Assembly: GCA_018400815.1 (NCBI GenBank)
Contig: JAGYLS010000065.1
Coordinates: forward strand, 1 to 10,007
Direction: 5' to 3'
Source of the DNA: Candidatus Oleincola secundus
GTDB taxonomy: Bacteria; Atribacterota; Phoenicimicrobiia; Phoenicimicrobiales; Stramentimicrobiaceae
Length of the DNA stretch: 10,007 bases
In this document: positions 9,065 through 10,007 of the stretch, piece after piece
Layout of the letters: each line of letters starts with the position of its first letter
Numbering within the stretch: position 1 is the first letter of the stretch
Translations under genes and position numbers: made by a program
Notes under the pieces: generated by a model
The model's database searches: none
What the model saw: the letters and a program-made list of their open reading frames with translations, nothing else
What the model was told of the DNA's origin: nothing

Positions 9065-9095
9065 AAAAGTGAATAAAAGAGAGGTGGAAAGCTTA

Positions 9096-10007
9096 ATGGA
9101 ACAATCAATCAATGATTTGATGAAAAAGCTGCAAGAAAAAAAAGAGAAAGTATTAGCAGGTGGCGGCAAAAAAAGAATTCAGGCACAGCATGATAAAGGT
9201 AAGTTGACAGCTAGAGAAAGAATAGACTTGTTATTGGATAAAGATAGTTTTAATGAACTGGATATCTTTGTTGAGCATCGTTGTACAAATTTTGGTATGG
9301 CTGGAAAAGAAGTGCCCGGAGAAGGTGTTGTGACGGGCTATGGTACCATTGATGGGCGTTTAGTATATGTATTTTCCCAGGATTTTACAGTTATTGGTGG
9401 TTCTTTAGGAGAAATGCATTCCAAAAAAATATGCAAGATAATGGATATGGCTATGAAGATGGGGGCGCCGGTTATTGGTATCAATGATTCAGGAGGAGCA
9501 CGAATACAGGAAGGTGTTGATTCTCTTAGTGGATATGGTGAAATATTTTATAGAAACACAATTGCTTCAGGAGTAATTCCTCAGATATCAGTAGTTGTTG
9601 GACCTACTGCTGGGGGGGCAGTTTACTCACCTGCCATTATGGATTTTGTTTTTATGGTAAAGAAAATAGGAATTATGCACATCACCGGACCCAGTGTTAT
9701 TAAAGCCGTTACAGGTGAAGATGTTTCCTCTGAAAAATTAGGTGGCGCAATGACACATAATCAAAAGAGTGGTGTTGCCCATTTTGCAGCTGAAAATGAG
9801 CAGGAGGTATTTCAATCTGTTCGGAAAATGATTGGCTACATGCCTTCTAATAACATGGAAAATCCACCCATTTTGGAAACCCAGGATGATCCAAATCGCA
9901 TGGAAGAGGCATTGTTAAATATTGTTCCAACTGACCCCAATAAACCATATGAGATGAAAGATATAATTAAATATATTGTTGATGATGGTGATTTTTTTGA
10001 AGCACAT
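9096..10007 (+). CDS. mmdA: Acyl-CoA carboxyltransferase subunit (methylmalonyl-CoA decarboxylase alpha MmdA / propionyl-CoA carboxylase beta PccB), 3'-truncated and absent from the ORF track
   Basis: ATG 9096 with RBS GAGGTG at 9081-9086. Translation: MEQSINDLMKKLQEKKEKVLAGGGKKRIQAQHDKGKLTARERIDLLLD...GEGVVTGYGTIDGRLVYVFSQDFTVIGGSLGEMH...INDSGGARIQEGVDSLSGYG...SGVIPQIS...AGGAVYSPAIMDF...ITGP, open to the window end (DDGDFFEAH). Confidence 0.93.
   Translation, partial: MEQSINDLMKKLQEKKEKVLAGGGKKRIQAQHDKGKLTARERIDLLLDKDSFNELDIFVEHRCTNFGMAGKEVPGEGVVTGYGTIDGRLVYVFSQDFTVIGGSLGEMHSKKICKIMDMAMKMGAPVIGINDSGGARIQEGVDSLSGYGEIFYRNTIASGVIPQISVVVGPTAGGAVYSPAIMDFVFMVKKIGIMHITGPSVIKAVTGEDVSSEKLGGAMTHNQKSGVAHFAAENEQEVFQSVRKMIGYMPSNNMENPPILETQDDPNRMEEALLNIVPTDPNKPYEMKDIIKYIVDDGDFFEAH

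Noticed and set aside
1..10007. CRISPR arrays, tRNA/rRNA, cobalamin riboswitch, IS elements, intrinsic terminators
   Set aside because: No spaced repeats, transposase or GC-rich hairpin plus U-tract were seen, and the intergenic gaps are too short or too AT-rich for a B12 riboswitch. This was judged by eye; an Rfam/Infernal scan would confirm.

Overview
An AT-rich (roughly one-third G+C by eye), gene-dense bacterial window with every gene on the + strand, encoding anaerobic central and energy metabolism. Gene order: acetate kinase (5' end outside the window), electron-bifurcating transhydrogenase NfnA and NfnB, Glu/Leu/Phe/Val (glutamate) dehydrogenase, a P-loop-like/Asp23(Gls24) protein, split methylmalonyl-CoA mutase (catalytic plus B12-binding subunits), MeaB GTPase, methylmalonyl-CoA epimerase, and an acyl-CoA carboxyltransferase (MmdA/PccB type, 3' end outside the window). 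A sharply bounded ~2.6 kb stretch (~2235-4810) is full of indels and breaks nfnB, gdh and the start of the Asp23 gene while the flanking genes are intact; this is most likely an unpolished long-read or assembly artefact rather than biology. I saw no mobile element, CRISPR array or RNA gene and cannot support a wholly new system. The most interesting points are the ackA-Nfn-GDH-methylmalonyl-CoA linkage, the uncharacterised P-loop/Asp23 protein, and an altered acyl-pocket motif in the acetate kinase.
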